53,037 nucleotides of DNA from Eubacteriales bacterium (GCA_031549625.1 JAVBPK010000116.1:1-53037); one strand, 5' to 3'. Shown: positions 27,002 through 36,218, counted from the first letter of the stretch. The notes: a model not told the origin generated them from the sequence alone. Made by a program: numbers and translations.

Positions 27002-28828
27002 ATGGCTAATCAGAAAAAAGAATTGTCCCGCAGAGAGTTTCTTAAGAGTGCCGGTATTGTAGCTGGTAGCGCAGCGATTGGCGCAACATTTATAGGTTGC
27101 GCGGCTCCGGCTCCGGCGGCGGCGCCCGCGGCGACTGCGGCCCCCGCTCCCGCAGCTCCCGCAGCTCCGGCAGCAGCTCCCGCGCCCACTCCTGAACCTG
27201 AAAAGTGGGATATGGAAGCAGACGTTGTCATCATTGGTATGGGTGGCGCTGGCGCTTCCGCCGCAATCGAAGCCCACGATGCAGGCGCAAAAGTTCTGGT
27301 TGTTGAAAAGCAAGCGGCGGATCATCACTTCAGCAACAGCCGTATGTCCGGCGGCGTGTGGCATAACCCTGTGGCCACAGGCGACAGAGCCGCGCGTGTT
27401 GAATACATCAAAGCCATGATGAGCGGCGAAAACATCCCCTGGAAGTTGGAAGGCGAACAAGAACACGTCTCCGGCCCCATGGCGGAAATGTTTGCGGATG
27501 GCATCATGGAACTTGAATCCTGGCTGTTAAAAATGGATCCGGATCTCGATCCCGCAGGTATGGCAGCGGGCGGCGACGCTTCCTTCCCAATGTTCCCGAA
27601 ATTTGCGGAAGCGCAATATGGTGCCACAGTTAGCACGCGTTACAAAGATTATGCAAACGCGGATACAAAGGTTCCGATCTATGAAAGGCCGAAAGAACAG
27701 AAGCAGTCCGGCGAAGCGCTCATGCACTGCATCATCGAAGAGGGCATCAAAAAGCAGCGCCCCGACATCGAGATTCTGTACGAGACACCCGCCCAGAGCC
27801 TCATTCAGGCCGAAGATGGCTCCATCCATGGCTGCACTGCTATCGACAAGAGCGGCAAAGAGCTCAAGATCAAGGCAAAGAAAGCTGTTATCCTGTCCTG
27901 CGGTGGTTTCGAATACAGCGTTGCGCTGCGCAGAGCCTTCCAGGAAGGCCCTGGCATAAAGGGTTGGGGCTTCTATGGTTCTCCCGATAACACAGGCGAC
28001 GGCATCAAGATGGCTATGCTCATCGGCGCCGGTTTGGCGAAAGTTGCCAAGTCTGCTTCCCGTATTGAAGCCGCGTTCCCGGGTGGCATCGGCTGGGAAA
28101 AATACGGCCTGAAGATGGGCGTAAATACATCGGTAACGTCCTCCAAGAATAGCTGCATCGTAGATAACTTTGGTGTTCGGTATGCCGACGAGCATATCAT
28201 CACCGACTCCAAGCGTCCGTATCGTTACCAGTTCTATAAGGAAGCCGTGAAGTACGACATGATTAAGATGATGTACCCGCGCATTCCGAGCTGGTGCATT
28301 TACGACGAAACCCGCCAACAGGCAAGCTCCATCATTAGCTCCGGTTCGTCCGTTGGTTATGGTTTCGTGCCGTGGAAGGGCAATGAAGACGCAGTGGAAA
28401 AAGGCTGGGTTCTCAAAGCGGATACGCTCGAAGAGCTCGCTGAAAAGATCATGGCGGATCCGGAAAACCGTGAATCTATCAGCGCGGATACCCTGAAAGC
28501 CACTATTAAAGAGTTCAACAGCTATTGCGCAGCTGGCGAAGACAAGAAATTCGGAAGAACACCTGCAACCATGGCGCCCGTTGAAACTCCGCCTTTCTAT
28601 GCGGTGAAGATGTATCCCGGCGGCCCGAACACCAAGGGCGGCGTCGATGCGGATGCTACGCGCCATGTCCTCACATGGGAAGGCGAACAGATTCCGAGGC
28701 TGTACACGGCCGGTGAAATTTCCTCCGTCTTTAAGTTCACCTATCAGGCGGGCGGCAATATCACGGAGTGCATGGTCTGCGGGCGTCTGGCCGGCAAGAA
28801 CGCAGCGGCAGAAACTGCTTGGGCATAA
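27002..28828 (+). CDS. Tat-exported FAD-dependent reductase (fumarate reductase / flavocytochrome-c flavoprotein family), probable lipoprotein
   Basis: Canonical twin-arginine motif SRREFLKSAG followed by lipobox-like FIGC. A/P-rich linker. FAD dinucleotide fold DVVIIGMGGAGASAAIEAHDAGAKVLVVEK. C-terminal family motif IPRLYTAGEISS...GGN. Confidence 0.85.
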   Translation: MANQKKELSRREFLKSAGIVAGSAAIGATFIGCAAPAPAAAPAATAAPAPAAPAAPAAAPAPTPEPEKWDMEADVVIIGMGGAGASAAIEAHDAGAKVLVVEKQAADHHFSNSRMSGGVWHNPVATGDRAARVEYIKAMMSGENIPWKLEGEQEHVSGPMAEMFADGIMELESWLLKMDPDLDPAGMAAGGDASFPMFPKFAEAQYGATVSTRYKDYANADTKVPIYERPKEQKQSGEALMHCIIEEGIKKQRPDIEILYETPAQSLIQAEDGSIHGCTAIDKSGKELKIKAKKAVILSCGGFEYSVALRRAFQEGPGIKGWGFYGSPDNTGDGIKMAMLIGAGLAKVAKSASRIEAAFPGGIGWEKYGLKMGVNTSVTSSKNSCIVDNFGVRYADEHIITDSKRPYRYQFYKEAVKYDMIKMMYPRIPSWCIYDETRQQASSIISSGSSVGYGFVPWKGNEDAVEKGWVLKADTLEELAEKIMADPENRESISADTLKATIKEFNSYCAAGEDKKFGRTPATMAPVETPPFYAVKMYPGGPNTKGGVDADATRHVLTWEGEQIPRLYTAGEISSVFKFTYQAGGNITECMVCGRLAGKNAAAETAWA

Positions 28829-28851
28829 GAGTAAATAAAATATACGATAAG

Positions 28852-28879
28852 AAAGGGCCGGAATTTTCCGGCTCTTTCT
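28852..28879 (+). terminator. Terminator-like hairpin after the reductase gene
   Basis: aaagggccgg-aatttt-ccggctcttt forms a stem of about 10 bp. The U-tract is short (tttc), so read-through into the next gene is plausible. Confidence 0.45.
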
Positions 28880-28907
28880 AAAGCATTTGTGTAGGAGGCG
28901 GAAACAA

Positions 28908-29834
28908 GTGGAAGGCGTAAATACCGATAGCAAAACCAACGAAGCGGAATTGAGCGAACAAGCCCCTGCGGAAGTGTATGCGGGCGCAAATTTCGCGTTG
29001 TATGTAGGGATAGACTGTGCGGATGATTATGATTTGGCGGGCACAAAAATTCAAATTGTTGACCAGGAGAATAAGCTCATTACCGAAACCGAGTGGCCGC
29101 CGAAAGAGGCTTTGATAGACGGAAAAGCTCTCTTTACGTTGCCTGCGCCGATGCAAGTGGGAAAATACACCTGGAAAGTTCTCTTTTGCGGGGAAGATGG
29201 TGACATAGACTTTGAGCCGGAAGAAATAGCTTCGGTCAGTTTTATCGTGAAGCCGCATTTGATTTCCATGTCCACTTGGGGCATTCCTTCCCCCGTAGAA
29301 AAGGGGTCCGTTTTTTCAGTAAATATCGGAGCTGCCTGCTGTGGCCAATGCTCACTGGCGGGTCTTTCCCTTCATATAGAAAACGATGATGGCCAGATAG
29401 TGGCCACCGGCGCGCTGCGGCCGGAAGTAAAGCCAAAGACGAACAACACCTATTGGACAGAATTGCAGCTGACGGCGCCGGACGATGAAGCGGTACACAG
29501 ATACGTCGTCAAATGCGCAGCGCCGGAGCTTGTATGCCCGCACGCGGAAGTAGAGCCGGAACCATTTATGTTCCGCACAGCACCGTCTGCAGAGCTGCTG
29601 GTTACGGTTATCGCCGTGACAGAGCGGGATAAAGATCCGATAGAAGACGCGTATGTCATGCTGGGGCTTATAAAGGGCACGACGGGCAAAGACGGTAAAG
29701 CAACGGTAAAGGTGCCTAAAGGGGTATTGGAGTTGACAGTATTGCGCAAGGACTATATTACGCAGACAATGATCGTCGAGGTTACGGAAGATATGACGCT
29801 CACCGTGCCTCTGGTTTTTCGTCCGCAACTATAG
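28908..29834 (+). CDS. Hypothetical protein with three predicted beta-sandwich modules (the last is CarboxypepD_reg-like)
   Basis: Trimmed to GTG 28908 behind TAGGAGG. Two mutually similar ~100-aa modules (…FALYVGIDC…DLAGTKIQIVD… and …FSVNIGAACCGQCSLAGLSLHIEND…). The C-terminal LLVTVIAV…GKDGKATVKVPKGVLELTVLRKDY resembles a carboxypeptidase-regulatory-like fold. No signal peptide or TM segment. Confidence 0.55.
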   Translation: MEGVNTDSKTNEAELSEQAPAEVYAGANFALYVGIDCADDYDLAGTKIQIVDQENKLITETEWPPKEALIDGKALFTLPAPMQVGKYTWKVLFCGEDGDIDFEPEEIASVSFIVKPHLISMSTWGIPSPVEKGSVFSVNIGAACCGQCSLAGLSLHIENDDGQIVATGALRPEVKPKTNNTYWTELQLTAPDDEAVHRYVVKCAAPELVCPHAEVEPEPFMFRTAPSAELLVTVIAVTERDKDPIEDAYVMLGLIKGTTGKDGKATVKVPKGVLELTVLRKDYITQTMIVEVTEDMTLTVPLVFRPQL

Positions 29835-29884
29835 AAAATGCCTGCAAATGGGATGTTCTTCTCTCAAAAAGAATATGTATGGAG

Positions 29885-29917
29885 CGGGCAAAGGGCGTAG
29901 GCCTTTTGCCCGTTTTT
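29885..29917 (+). terminator. Intrinsic terminator
   Basis: cgggcaaagg-gcgtag-gccttttgcccg (one bulged nucleotide) followed by ttttt. Confidence 0.7.
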
Positions 29918-29965
29918 CCGCGTTAATGTTAAAATACTGTTTGTCGTGTGCGGATACGGATTGTG

Positions 29966-29993
29966 TTGACATTCCGCCACAATGCTGTATAAT
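29966..29993 (+). promoter_or_regulatory. SigmaA-type promoter of the ylxM-ffh operon
   Basis: TTGACA (29966-29971), 16-nt spacer, TATAAT (29988-29993). An 8-bp hairpin (30001-30024) would sit at the extreme 5' end of the transcript. Confidence 0.65.
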
Positions 29994-30037
29994 AACAAAG
30001 GTGTAAAGCAAAAAACCTTTACACACATGAGGGATGC

Positions 30038-30394
30038 ATGGAACGAAATATTAAGCTGGGTATGCTGCTTGCGTATTACGGTTCTTGCCTGACGGAGCGG
30101 CAGCAATCCATATTGTCCAGGCATGTGGATGACGATCTTTCGCTCAGCGAAATCGCTGAAAGCGAAGGAATATCGCGTCAGGCGGTGCACGACGCCATCA
30201 AGCGGGCGGAAGCGCAGCTGCAACAAATGGAAAGCTCCATCGGCTTGGTGGGAAAAACGCAATCCACAAAAACCCAGCTCCAGCAAGTGCAAAAGGGCAT
30301 ACTGGCCGCGCATATGCAGGAGAACGAAAAAGCGCGGCTGCTCCAGCAAATAGCGCGGCTTCAAGCAATATGGGAGGATGACAATGGCGTTTGA
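30038..30394 (+). CDS. ylxM: YlxM/UPF0122 putative DNA-binding protein (sigma-70 region-4-like HTH)
   Basis: 118 aa. LSLSEIAESEGISRQAVHDAIKRA HTH. Canonical position immediately upstream of, and overlapping, ffh. Confidence 0.88.
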   Translation: MERNIKLGMLLAYYGSCLTERQQSILSRHVDDDLSLSEIAESEGISRQAVHDAIKRAEAQLQQMESSIGLVGKTQSTKTQLQQVQKGILAAHMQENEKARLLQQIARLQAIWEDDNGV

Positions 30395-31724
30395 AGGATT
30401 GTCCGGCAAACTGCAAAACATATTCAAAAAGCTATCCGGACGCGGCAAGCTGAACGAAAAAGACGTTCAGGAGGCCATGCGTGAGGTAAAGCTGGCTTTG
30501 CTCGAAGCGGATGTCAACTTTCTGGTAGTCAAACAATTCATAAAGGACGTCACGGCGCGGGCCGTTGGCGCGGAAGTGCTCGAAAGCCTGACTCCAGGCC
30601 AGCAGGTCATAAAAATAGTGAACGACGAACTTACCCGCCTTATGGGCGGTGCAAACGCCAAGCTTGATTTTGGCAGCACGAGTCCGGCGGTTGTGCTCAT
30701 GGCCGGGTTACAGGGTTCCGGCAAAACGACCATGTGCGGCAAGCTGTCGCTGTATCTCAAAAAGCAATATCAAAAGTCGCCGTTGCTGGTTGCCTGCGAT
30801 ATTTACCGCCCCGCGGCTATCAGGCAGCTGCAAATAGTGGGCGAACAGGCGGGCATTCCCGTGTTTGAGCGCGGGCAAAACGCGCCGGAAGAAACGGTAA
30901 AAGAGGCTATCAAATACGCCCAGCAGCATTTCCACGATGTGGTCATCCTCGACACGGCGGGCCGCCTGCATATAGACGAGGAAATGATGCAAGAGCTGAT
31001 CCGCGTAAAAGAAGTGGCCCATCCAACGGAAATATTGCTCGTGGTAGACGCCATGACGGGTCAGGACGCCGTGAATGTAGCCAAATCTTTCGACGAAACG
31101 CTCAGCATCACGGGCATCGTACTCACAAAGCTGGACGGCGATACGAGGGGCGGTGCGGCGCTCTCGGCACGGGCAGTTACGGGCAGGCCCATCAAATTTT
31201 CCGGCGTCGGTGAAAAATTGGGGGATATCGAGCCCTTCCACCCGGAACGCATTGCCTCCCGCATATTAGGCATGGGCGACATGCTTTCGCTCATCGAAAA
31301 GGCACAGCAGAATTTTGATGAAAAGAAATCCATGGAGTTGGTCGAAAAGCTGCGTAAAGACGCGTTCACGCTCGAAGATTTTTTAGACCAGTTTCGCCAA
31401 ATGAAGAGCATGGGCCCCATGCAGGATATATTGGCCATGCTGCCGGGCGTAGACGCAAACAAGCTCGGCAATGTGGAGGTAGACGAAAAACAAATGGCCC
31501 GTATGGAAGCCATTATCCTTTCCATGACAAAAGCGGAGCGCAACAATCCCGACCTGCTAAACGCGGGCAGGCGTAAACGCATTGCGAAGGGCAGCGGCAC
31601 AAGCATTCAGGACGTAAACCGCCTGCTAAACCAATACGAATCATCAAGAAAAATGATGCGCCAATTCACGGGCGGCGGCAAAGGCAAAAAGGGCCGGATG
31701 CGGTTCCCGTTTCCGATGGGGTAA
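30384..31724 (+). CDS. ffh: Signal recognition particle protein Ffh
   Basis: [11 protein letters not shown]-terminus. G-domain motifs [14 protein letters not shown] and TKLDGD. Met-rich M domain and basic C-terminal tail. ATG 30384 is chosen for SD GGGAGG. Confidence 0.96.
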   Translation: MAFEGLSGKLQNIFKKLSGRGKLNEKDVQEAMREVKLALLEADVNFLVVKQFIKDVTARAVGAEVLESLTPGQQVIKIVNDELTRLMGGANAKLDFGSTSPAVVLMAGLQGSGKTTMCGKLSLYLKKQYQKSPLLVACDIYRPAAIRQLQIVGEQAGIPVFERGQNAPEETVKEAIKYAQQHFHDVVILDTAGRLHIDEEMMQELIRVKEVAHPTEILLVVDAMTGQDAVNVAKSFDETLSITGIVLTKLDGDTRGGAALSARAVTGRPIKFSGVGEKLGDIEPFHPERIASRILGMGDMLSLIEKAQQNFDEKKSMELVEKLRKDAFTLEDFLDQFRQMKSMGPMQDILAMLPGVDANKLGNVEVDEKQMARMEAIILSMTKAERNNPDLLNAGRRKRIAKGSGTSIQDVNRLLNQYESSRKMMRQFTGGGKGKKGRMRFPFPMG

Positions 31725-31776
31725 TAACGAGTTTTCGTTTTACTATATTTTCAAAAAACACTGGAGGAACTATCAA

Positions 31777-32019
31777 ATGCTTAAGATCAGATTGCGCAGG
31801 ATGGGCGCGAAGAAGGCACCGTTTTACCGTATCGTAGTTGCGGATTCCAGAGCTCCGAGAGACGGCGCGTTTGTTGAAGAAATCGGCTACTACAACCCGC
31901 TGACGGATCCCGCCGAAATCAAAGTAAACAACGAAAAGGCTATCAACTGGATGAAAAATGGCGCTCAGCCTACTGATACGGTGCGTGCGCTGTTGAAGAA
32001 GAGCGGCGCTATCCAGTAG
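31777..32019 (+). CDS. rpsP: 30S ribosomal protein S16
   Basis: [30 protein letters not shown] is the canonical S16 N-terminus. Confidence 0.96.
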   Translation: MLKIRLRRMGAKKAPFYRIVVADSRAPRDGAFVEEIGYYNPLTDPAEIKVNNEKAINWMKNGAQPTDTVRALLKKSGAIQ

Positions 32020-32036
32020 TCTACAGGAGCATAGCT

Positions 32037-32264
32037 ATGGAAGAATTGGTAAGATACATAGCCGAAAATCTGGTGGACAAACCGGAAGATATTAAAATCA
32101 CTACAAAAGAAGAAGATGACACCGTTATAATCGAGCTTTCCGTATCTCCGGACGATATGGGCAAGGTTATAGGCAAGCAGGGCCGCATCGCCAAAGCGAT
32201 ACGCACCATTGTAAAAGCGGCGTCCGTACAGGAAGATAAAAAATACATCGTTGAAATCGTATGA
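32037..32264 (+). CDS. khpA: KH-domain RNA-binding protein (YlqC/KhpA)
   Basis: 75 aa. GKVIGKQGRIAKAIRTIV is the KH GxxG motif. Conserved position between rpsP and rimM. Confidence 0.9.
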   Translation: MEELVRYIAENLVDKPEDIKITTKEEDDTVIIELSVSPDDMGKVIGKQGRIAKAIRTIVKAASVQEDKKYIVEIV

Positions 32265-32773
32265 TGGAATATTACCGCGCCGCGGTGGTGGTGCGCCCGC
32301 ATGGTGTGCGGGGCGCGCTCAAACTGCTGCCGCTAACAAACGATATCAACCGCTTTAAAGGCCTCAGGCAGGTCTACATCGAACAAAAGGGCGAGAGGAA
32401 AGCGGCGCAAATCAACGAGATCAGCATAATGCCGGACTCGCTTATCATGGGCTTGGAGGGCGTTGCCACGCGTGAAGAGGCGGAAGCGCTTCGCGGCGCA
32501 TACATTTGCGTCGATCGCGCGCACGCGGTGGCGCTGCCAAGCGATACGTGGTTTGTCGCGGATTTAATCGGCTGCCAAACATTCGATACCAACGGCGTGG
32601 CGTATGGGCGGGTGGTCGATGTGCTGCAAACCGGGGCAAACGACGTATACGAGCTGGATAGCGGCGTATTGGTGCCGGCGCTGAAAAAGGTGCTGCAAAG
32701 CGTCGATGTGGAACAAAAGCGCATCGTGTTTGTGAGTGACGTGTTAAAGGAGGTCGCGGTGTTTGCGGATTGA
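32261..32773 (+). CDS. rimM: 16S rRNA processing protein RimM
   Basis: 170 aa. RGALKLLPLT and PRC-barrel C-terminus. ATGA overlap with khpA. Conserved position. Confidence 0.92.
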   Translation: MMEYYRAAVVVRPHGVRGALKLLPLTNDINRFKGLRQVYIEQKGERKAAQINEISIMPDSLIMGLEGVATREEAEALRGAYICVDRAHAVALPSDTWFVADLIGCQTFDTNGVAYGRVVDVLQTGANDVYELDSGVLVPALKKVLQSVDVEQKRIVFVSDVLKEVAVFAD

Positions 32774-33491
32774 CATTCTCACACTGTTTCCGGGCATGTT
32801 TCCCGGCGTGCTGCAGGAAAGCATACTGGGCCGTGCGGCGCAGGCGGGCATTCTTCAGCTGCAAACGCATGACATCCGCGACTATACCGAAAACAAGCAC
32901 AAACGCGCCGACGACTACCCGTTTGGCGGCGGGGCCGGGCTTGTCATGCTGGCCCAGCCCATATTCGACTGCATGGAACAAGTGCTGCAAGGGCAAAAGG
33001 CAAGGCGCATTTTGCTCTCGCCGCGGGGCAGGCTGTTAACGCCGGATTTGGCGCGCGAGTTGGCTTGTGAGGAGCGGTTGGTGCTGTTGTGCGGGCACTA
33101 CGAGGGCGTAGATGAACGCGTTATGCAACTGATCGACGAAGAAATCTCCATCGGCGATTATGTGTTGACGGGTGGCGAGCTGCCGGCCATGGTGCTGATA
33201 GACTGCCTATGCCGTTTTATCCCGGGCGTATTGGGCAGCGATCAATCCGCGGAAGAAGAATCTTTTTCCGACGGCTTGCTCGAGTATCCGCAATATACCC
33301 GTCCGGCGGAGTTCCGTGGGATGCGCGTGCCGGAAATACTTTTAAACGGCCATCACGCAAACATAGCGGCGTGGCGGCGGGCGCAGGCGGTGAAAAAAAC
33401 GCGGCAAATGCGGCCGGAGTTGCTGGCCGGGCTGGAATTAACGCCGCAAGAGCGCGAAGCCATAGCCAAAGAACAAGACGAAAATCCGTAA
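32763..33491 (+). CDS. trmD: tRNA (guanine37-N1)-methyltransferase TrmD
   Basis: TTG start. MRIDILTLFPGMF, DDYPFGGGAGLVM and GHYEGVDERV motifs. Confidence 0.95.
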   Translation: MRIDILTLFPGMFPGVLQESILGRAAQAGILQLQTHDIRDYTENKHKRADDYPFGGGAGLVMLAQPIFDCMEQVLQGQKARRILLSPRGRLLTPDLARELACEERLVLLCGHYEGVDERVMQLIDEEISIGDYVLTGGELPAMVLIDCLCRFIPGVLGSDQSAEEESFSDGLLEYPQYTRPAEFRGMRVPEILLNGHHANIAAWRRAQAVKKTRQMRPELLAGLELTPQEREAIAKEQDENP

Positions 33492-33585
33492 AAGGGTTCT
33501 GGGGCGGCATGAGCGTAGGTTTGGGGACGAAGCTCGTCCATTAGCTGCCCAAATGAAACCAATAGCAGCCCAAATAAAACGATGG

Positions 33586-33614
33586 TTGCTAATTATGAAT
33601 AGCTATGCTATAAT
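33586..33614 (+). promoter_or_regulatory. SigmaA-type promoter (extended -10) for rplS
   Basis: TTGCTA (33586-33591), 17-nt spacer ending in TGc, TATAAT (33609-33614). Confidence 0.65.
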
Positions 33615-33620
33615 GACCAA

Positions 33621-33722
33621 CGGAAAACGGGCGGTCCTCTGTTCGTGCCGAGCATATTTTCGGCAGCCATTGGCTAGGTTAAAGCAAACCTGCCTATGCG
33701 GGCAAGAACGTCTATGAGGAAG
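33621..33722 (+). promoter_or_regulatory. Candidate structured rplS 5' leader (L19-leader-like autoregulatory element)
   Basis: A ~110-nt leader with hairpins tgccga-gcatattt-tcggca and ctaggtt-aaagca-aacctg just upstream of SD GAAGGAG. Assignment to the Rfam L19_leader family is not verified. Confidence 0.35.
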
Positions 33723-33733
33723 GAGAATAAAAA

Positions 33734-34099
33734 ATGTCCAACATCATTCAAGAACTCGAAAAAGAGCAATTACGGTCCGATCTGCCAAAGCTCCAAGTGG
33801 GTGACACAGTTCGCGTATTCGTAAAAGTTGTTGAAGGCAACCGCGAGCGTTTGCAAAACTTCGAAGGCATCATCATCAAGATTCAGGGCGGCGCTGTGCG
33901 CAAGTCGTTCACGGTGCGTCGTGTATCCTACGGCGTAGGCGTGGAACGTACATTCCCGTACCATAGCCCGCGTATTGGCCGCATCGAAGTGGTTCGCCAT
34001 GGTAAAGTGCGTCGCGCCAAGTTGTTCTATCTGCGTGATCGCATCGGTAAGTCGGCGAAAGTTGTCGAGCGTATCGAAGAAAAGAAAAGTGTCGACTAA
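33734..34099 (+). CDS. rplS: 50S ribosomal protein L19
   Basis: [28 protein letters not shown]...[17 protein letters not shown] is canonical L19. Confidence 0.96.
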   Translation: MSNIIQELEKEQLRSDLPKLQVGDTVRVFVKVVEGNRERLQNFEGIIIKIQGGAVRKSFTVRRVSYGVGVERTFPYHSPRIGRIEVVRHGKVRRAKLFYLRDRIGKSAKVVERIEEKKSVD

Positions 34100-34117
34100 G
34101 TTGCAACAATCCAAACG

Positions 34118-34146
34118 CCCGTCGCCATATGGCAGCGGGTTTTTTC
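34118..34146 (+). terminator. Intrinsic terminator after rplS
   Basis: cccgtcgcc-atat-ggcagcggg (internal mismatch) followed by ttttttc. Confidence 0.65.
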
Positions 34147-34205
34147 TTATTTAGCTGGGGGCAAGGCGGAAGTAAGCGCCGGCTCACCAAGGGCAGGGGG
34201 CAAGC

Positions 34206-35072
34206 ATGATTATACAATGGTATCCGGGGCATATGGCAAAGGCACGCCGCATGCTCGAAGAAAATCTCAAGTTGATCGACGTGGTGGTGGAAGTCGTGGA
34301 TGCGCGCGCGCCGCGCTCCACAAGCAATCCGGATTTTGACGCGCTGTTCCGCGCAAAGAAACGGATTATGGTGTTAAACAAAGCGGATATGGCCGATCAG
34401 GCGGCGACAAAACGCTGGATAGAGTATTACAAGCAAAAGCAGATTGCGGCGTTCCCCTTCGTTTCAATAAGCGGAAACAAAAAGCAGGCGATCGCCGCCA
34501 TAGAAGAAGCAGCGGCGGAGCGCGTGGCGTTTATGAAGCAAAAGGGAGTAAACAAAACCGTACGCGTCATGATCGTGGGTATTCCAAACGTGGGAAAGTC
34601 CACGTTTATCAACTGCATAGCGGGCGGCGCGCGGGCAAAGGTGGGCGACAAACCCGGGGTGACCAAGGGCAAGCAATGGGTAAGAATAACGCCGCTGCTG
34701 GAACTGATGGATACGCCCGGCCTGTTATGGCCAAAGCTGGATAACGAGCGGTTCGCGTTGCGCCTGGCCTTTTTAGGTTCCATCAAAGACGACATCATGG
34801 ATATAGAAGAATTGGCTTCACGCCTGCTGGTCACATTGCGAGGCATTTGTCCAGGCGCGTTGGCGCAAAGGTACGCGCAGGTCACGGCGGATACGCCGGA
34901 AACAGAATTGTTACAAGCGCTGTGCCGGAGCAGGGGCTTTCGCTTGCGTGCGGGCGAATGGGATATGGAGCGCGGCGCGCGCGTATTGTTGGATGAATTC
35001 CGCGGCGCGCAAATTGCGCGGGTAACCCTGGACGATCCGCGCGAGCAGGTGGGCGAGGAACAAAAGGCATGA
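34206..35072 (+). CDS. rbgA: Ribosome biogenesis GTPase A (YlqF/RbgA)
   Basis: Circularly permuted GTPase: NKADM (G4) precedes GIPNVGKST (G1) and DTPG (G3). N-terminus IQWYPGHMAKA. Confidence 0.94.
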   Translation: MIIQWYPGHMAKARRMLEENLKLIDVVVEVVDARAPRSTSNPDFDALFRAKKRIMVLNKADMADQAATKRWIEYYKQKQIAAFPFVSISGNKKQAIAAIEEAAAERVAFMKQKGVNKTVRVMIVGIPNVGKSTFINCIAGGARAKVGDKPGVTKGKQWVRITPLLELMDTPGLLWPKLDNERFALRLAFLGSIKDDIMDIEELASRLLVTLRGICPGALAQRYAQVTADTPETELLQALCRSRGFRLRAGEWDMERGARVLLDEFRGAQIARVTLDDPREQVGEEQKA

Positions 35073-35719
35073 CAAGAGACGAACGGCTGGCAAAGGAAAG
35101 CGAACGGCTTGCGGTCATGATGGAACTTGAGAGCGCGCTTTGGCAGCAGAAGGACATCGTTCTCGCGGGCATGGACGAAGTGGGCCGCGGGCCGCTGGCG
35201 GGGCCGGTGGTGGCCGCATGTGTCGTGCTGCCGCAAGAACCGGTCGTGTTATTTGTAAACGATTCGAAAAAGCTTTCCGCCAAAAAGCGGGAAGAAATAT
35301 ACGAAAACATATTGGCGCAGGCCACGGGGTATGCGTTGGGCTGGGTCGAACCGGAAATCATCGATAGCATCAATATCTTGCAGGCCACAAAGCTTGCTTT
35401 CTGCCATGCTTTCCAAAATATGCCGGTCACGGCGACGGATGTGCTGATAGATGCGGTAGAGGGGCTGGATATTCCGGCGGCGCAGCATGTATACATCCAC
35501 GGCGACGAAAGAAGCTACCTGATAGCGGCGGCGTCCATCGTGGCAAAAGTGCAGCGCGACAGATACATGGCCGATCAGGACGAGCTGTATCCCATGTATG
35601 GATTTGCACGAAACAAAGGGTATGGCACGGCGGAGCACATCGCGGCCTTGCGGCATTATGGCCCTTGCCCGCTGCACAGGCGCAGTTTTTTGAAAAATTT
35701 TCTCGAAAGCGGGGCATAA
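35069..35719 (+). CDS. rnhB: Ribonuclease HII
   Basis: GMDEVGRGPLAGPVVAA catalytic motif, DSKKLS and ASIVAKV. ATGA overlap with rbgA. Confidence 0.94.
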   Translation: MTRDERLAKESERLAVMMELESALWQQKDIVLAGMDEVGRGPLAGPVVAACVVLPQEPVVLFVNDSKKLSAKKREEIYENILAQATGYALGWVEPEIIDSINILQATKLAFCHAFQNMPVTATDVLIDAVEGLDIPAAQHVYIHGDERSYLIAAASIVAKVQRDRYMADQDELYPMYGFARNKGYGTAEHIAALRHYGPCPLHRRSFLKNFLESGA

Positions 35720-35720
35720 C

Positions 35721-36068
35721 ATGAATACCACCCAGAAAGGCGCTTATGGAGAAAACCGCGCTTGCGCCTTGCTGCGCGAAAAGGGATACGTGCTGTTGGG
35801 CAGCAATGTGCGCGAGGGAAAAAAAGAAATAGACTTGGTCATGCAAGATAAAGAGACCATTGTGTTTGTGGAAGTAAAGGCGCGAAAATCAAACGCCTTT
35901 GGGGGAGCGCACGAGGCGATAGGCACGAAAAAGCGGGCGTTTCTGCGGCAAGCCGCGCAGGCGTATTTGCAGCGAAATGGCCAGCTGGATTGCAGGGCGC
36001 GTTTCGATGTGGTGGAGGTCGGTTTGGAAGACGGCGCGCTCACGCATATTGAAAATGCCTTTTGGTAA
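35721..36068 (+). CDS. yraN: YraN-family (UPF0102) endonuclease-like protein
   Basis: 115 aa. GENRACALLREKGY...EIDLVM...VFVEVKAR is the PD-(D/E)xK-like YraN pattern. Confidence 0.88.
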   Translation: MNTTQKGAYGENRACALLREKGYVLLGSNVREGKKEIDLVMQDKETIVFVEVKARKSNAFGGAHEAIGTKKRAFLRQAAQAYLQRNGQLDCRARFDVVEVGLEDGALTHIENAFW

Positions 36069-36078
36069 GGGCTGGGCT

Positions 36079-36107
36079 TTGCGGAGAACTGGGTTTTATG
36101 CTATGAT
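36079..36107 (+). promoter_or_regulatory. SigmaA-type promoter (extended -10) for the large glycosyltransferase gene
   Basis: TTGCGG (36079-36084), 17-nt spacer ending in TGc, TATGAT (36102-36107). Confidence 0.5.
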
Positions 36108-36218
36108 GCAAATGAGAGAAGTGTAAAAACATGGATAAAAAGCGGGGTTTCCCGGAGGCGCAGGCATGCAAAACCGGTGAACTGACCATACAAATAAAAC
36201 CGCTTATGGAGTATATGC

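Noticed and set aside
27527-28939. 470-aa minus-strand ORF
   Set aside because: It is antisense to the well-supported Tat flavoprotein gene. It shows a low-complexity Arg/Ala/Gly bias and no motifs.
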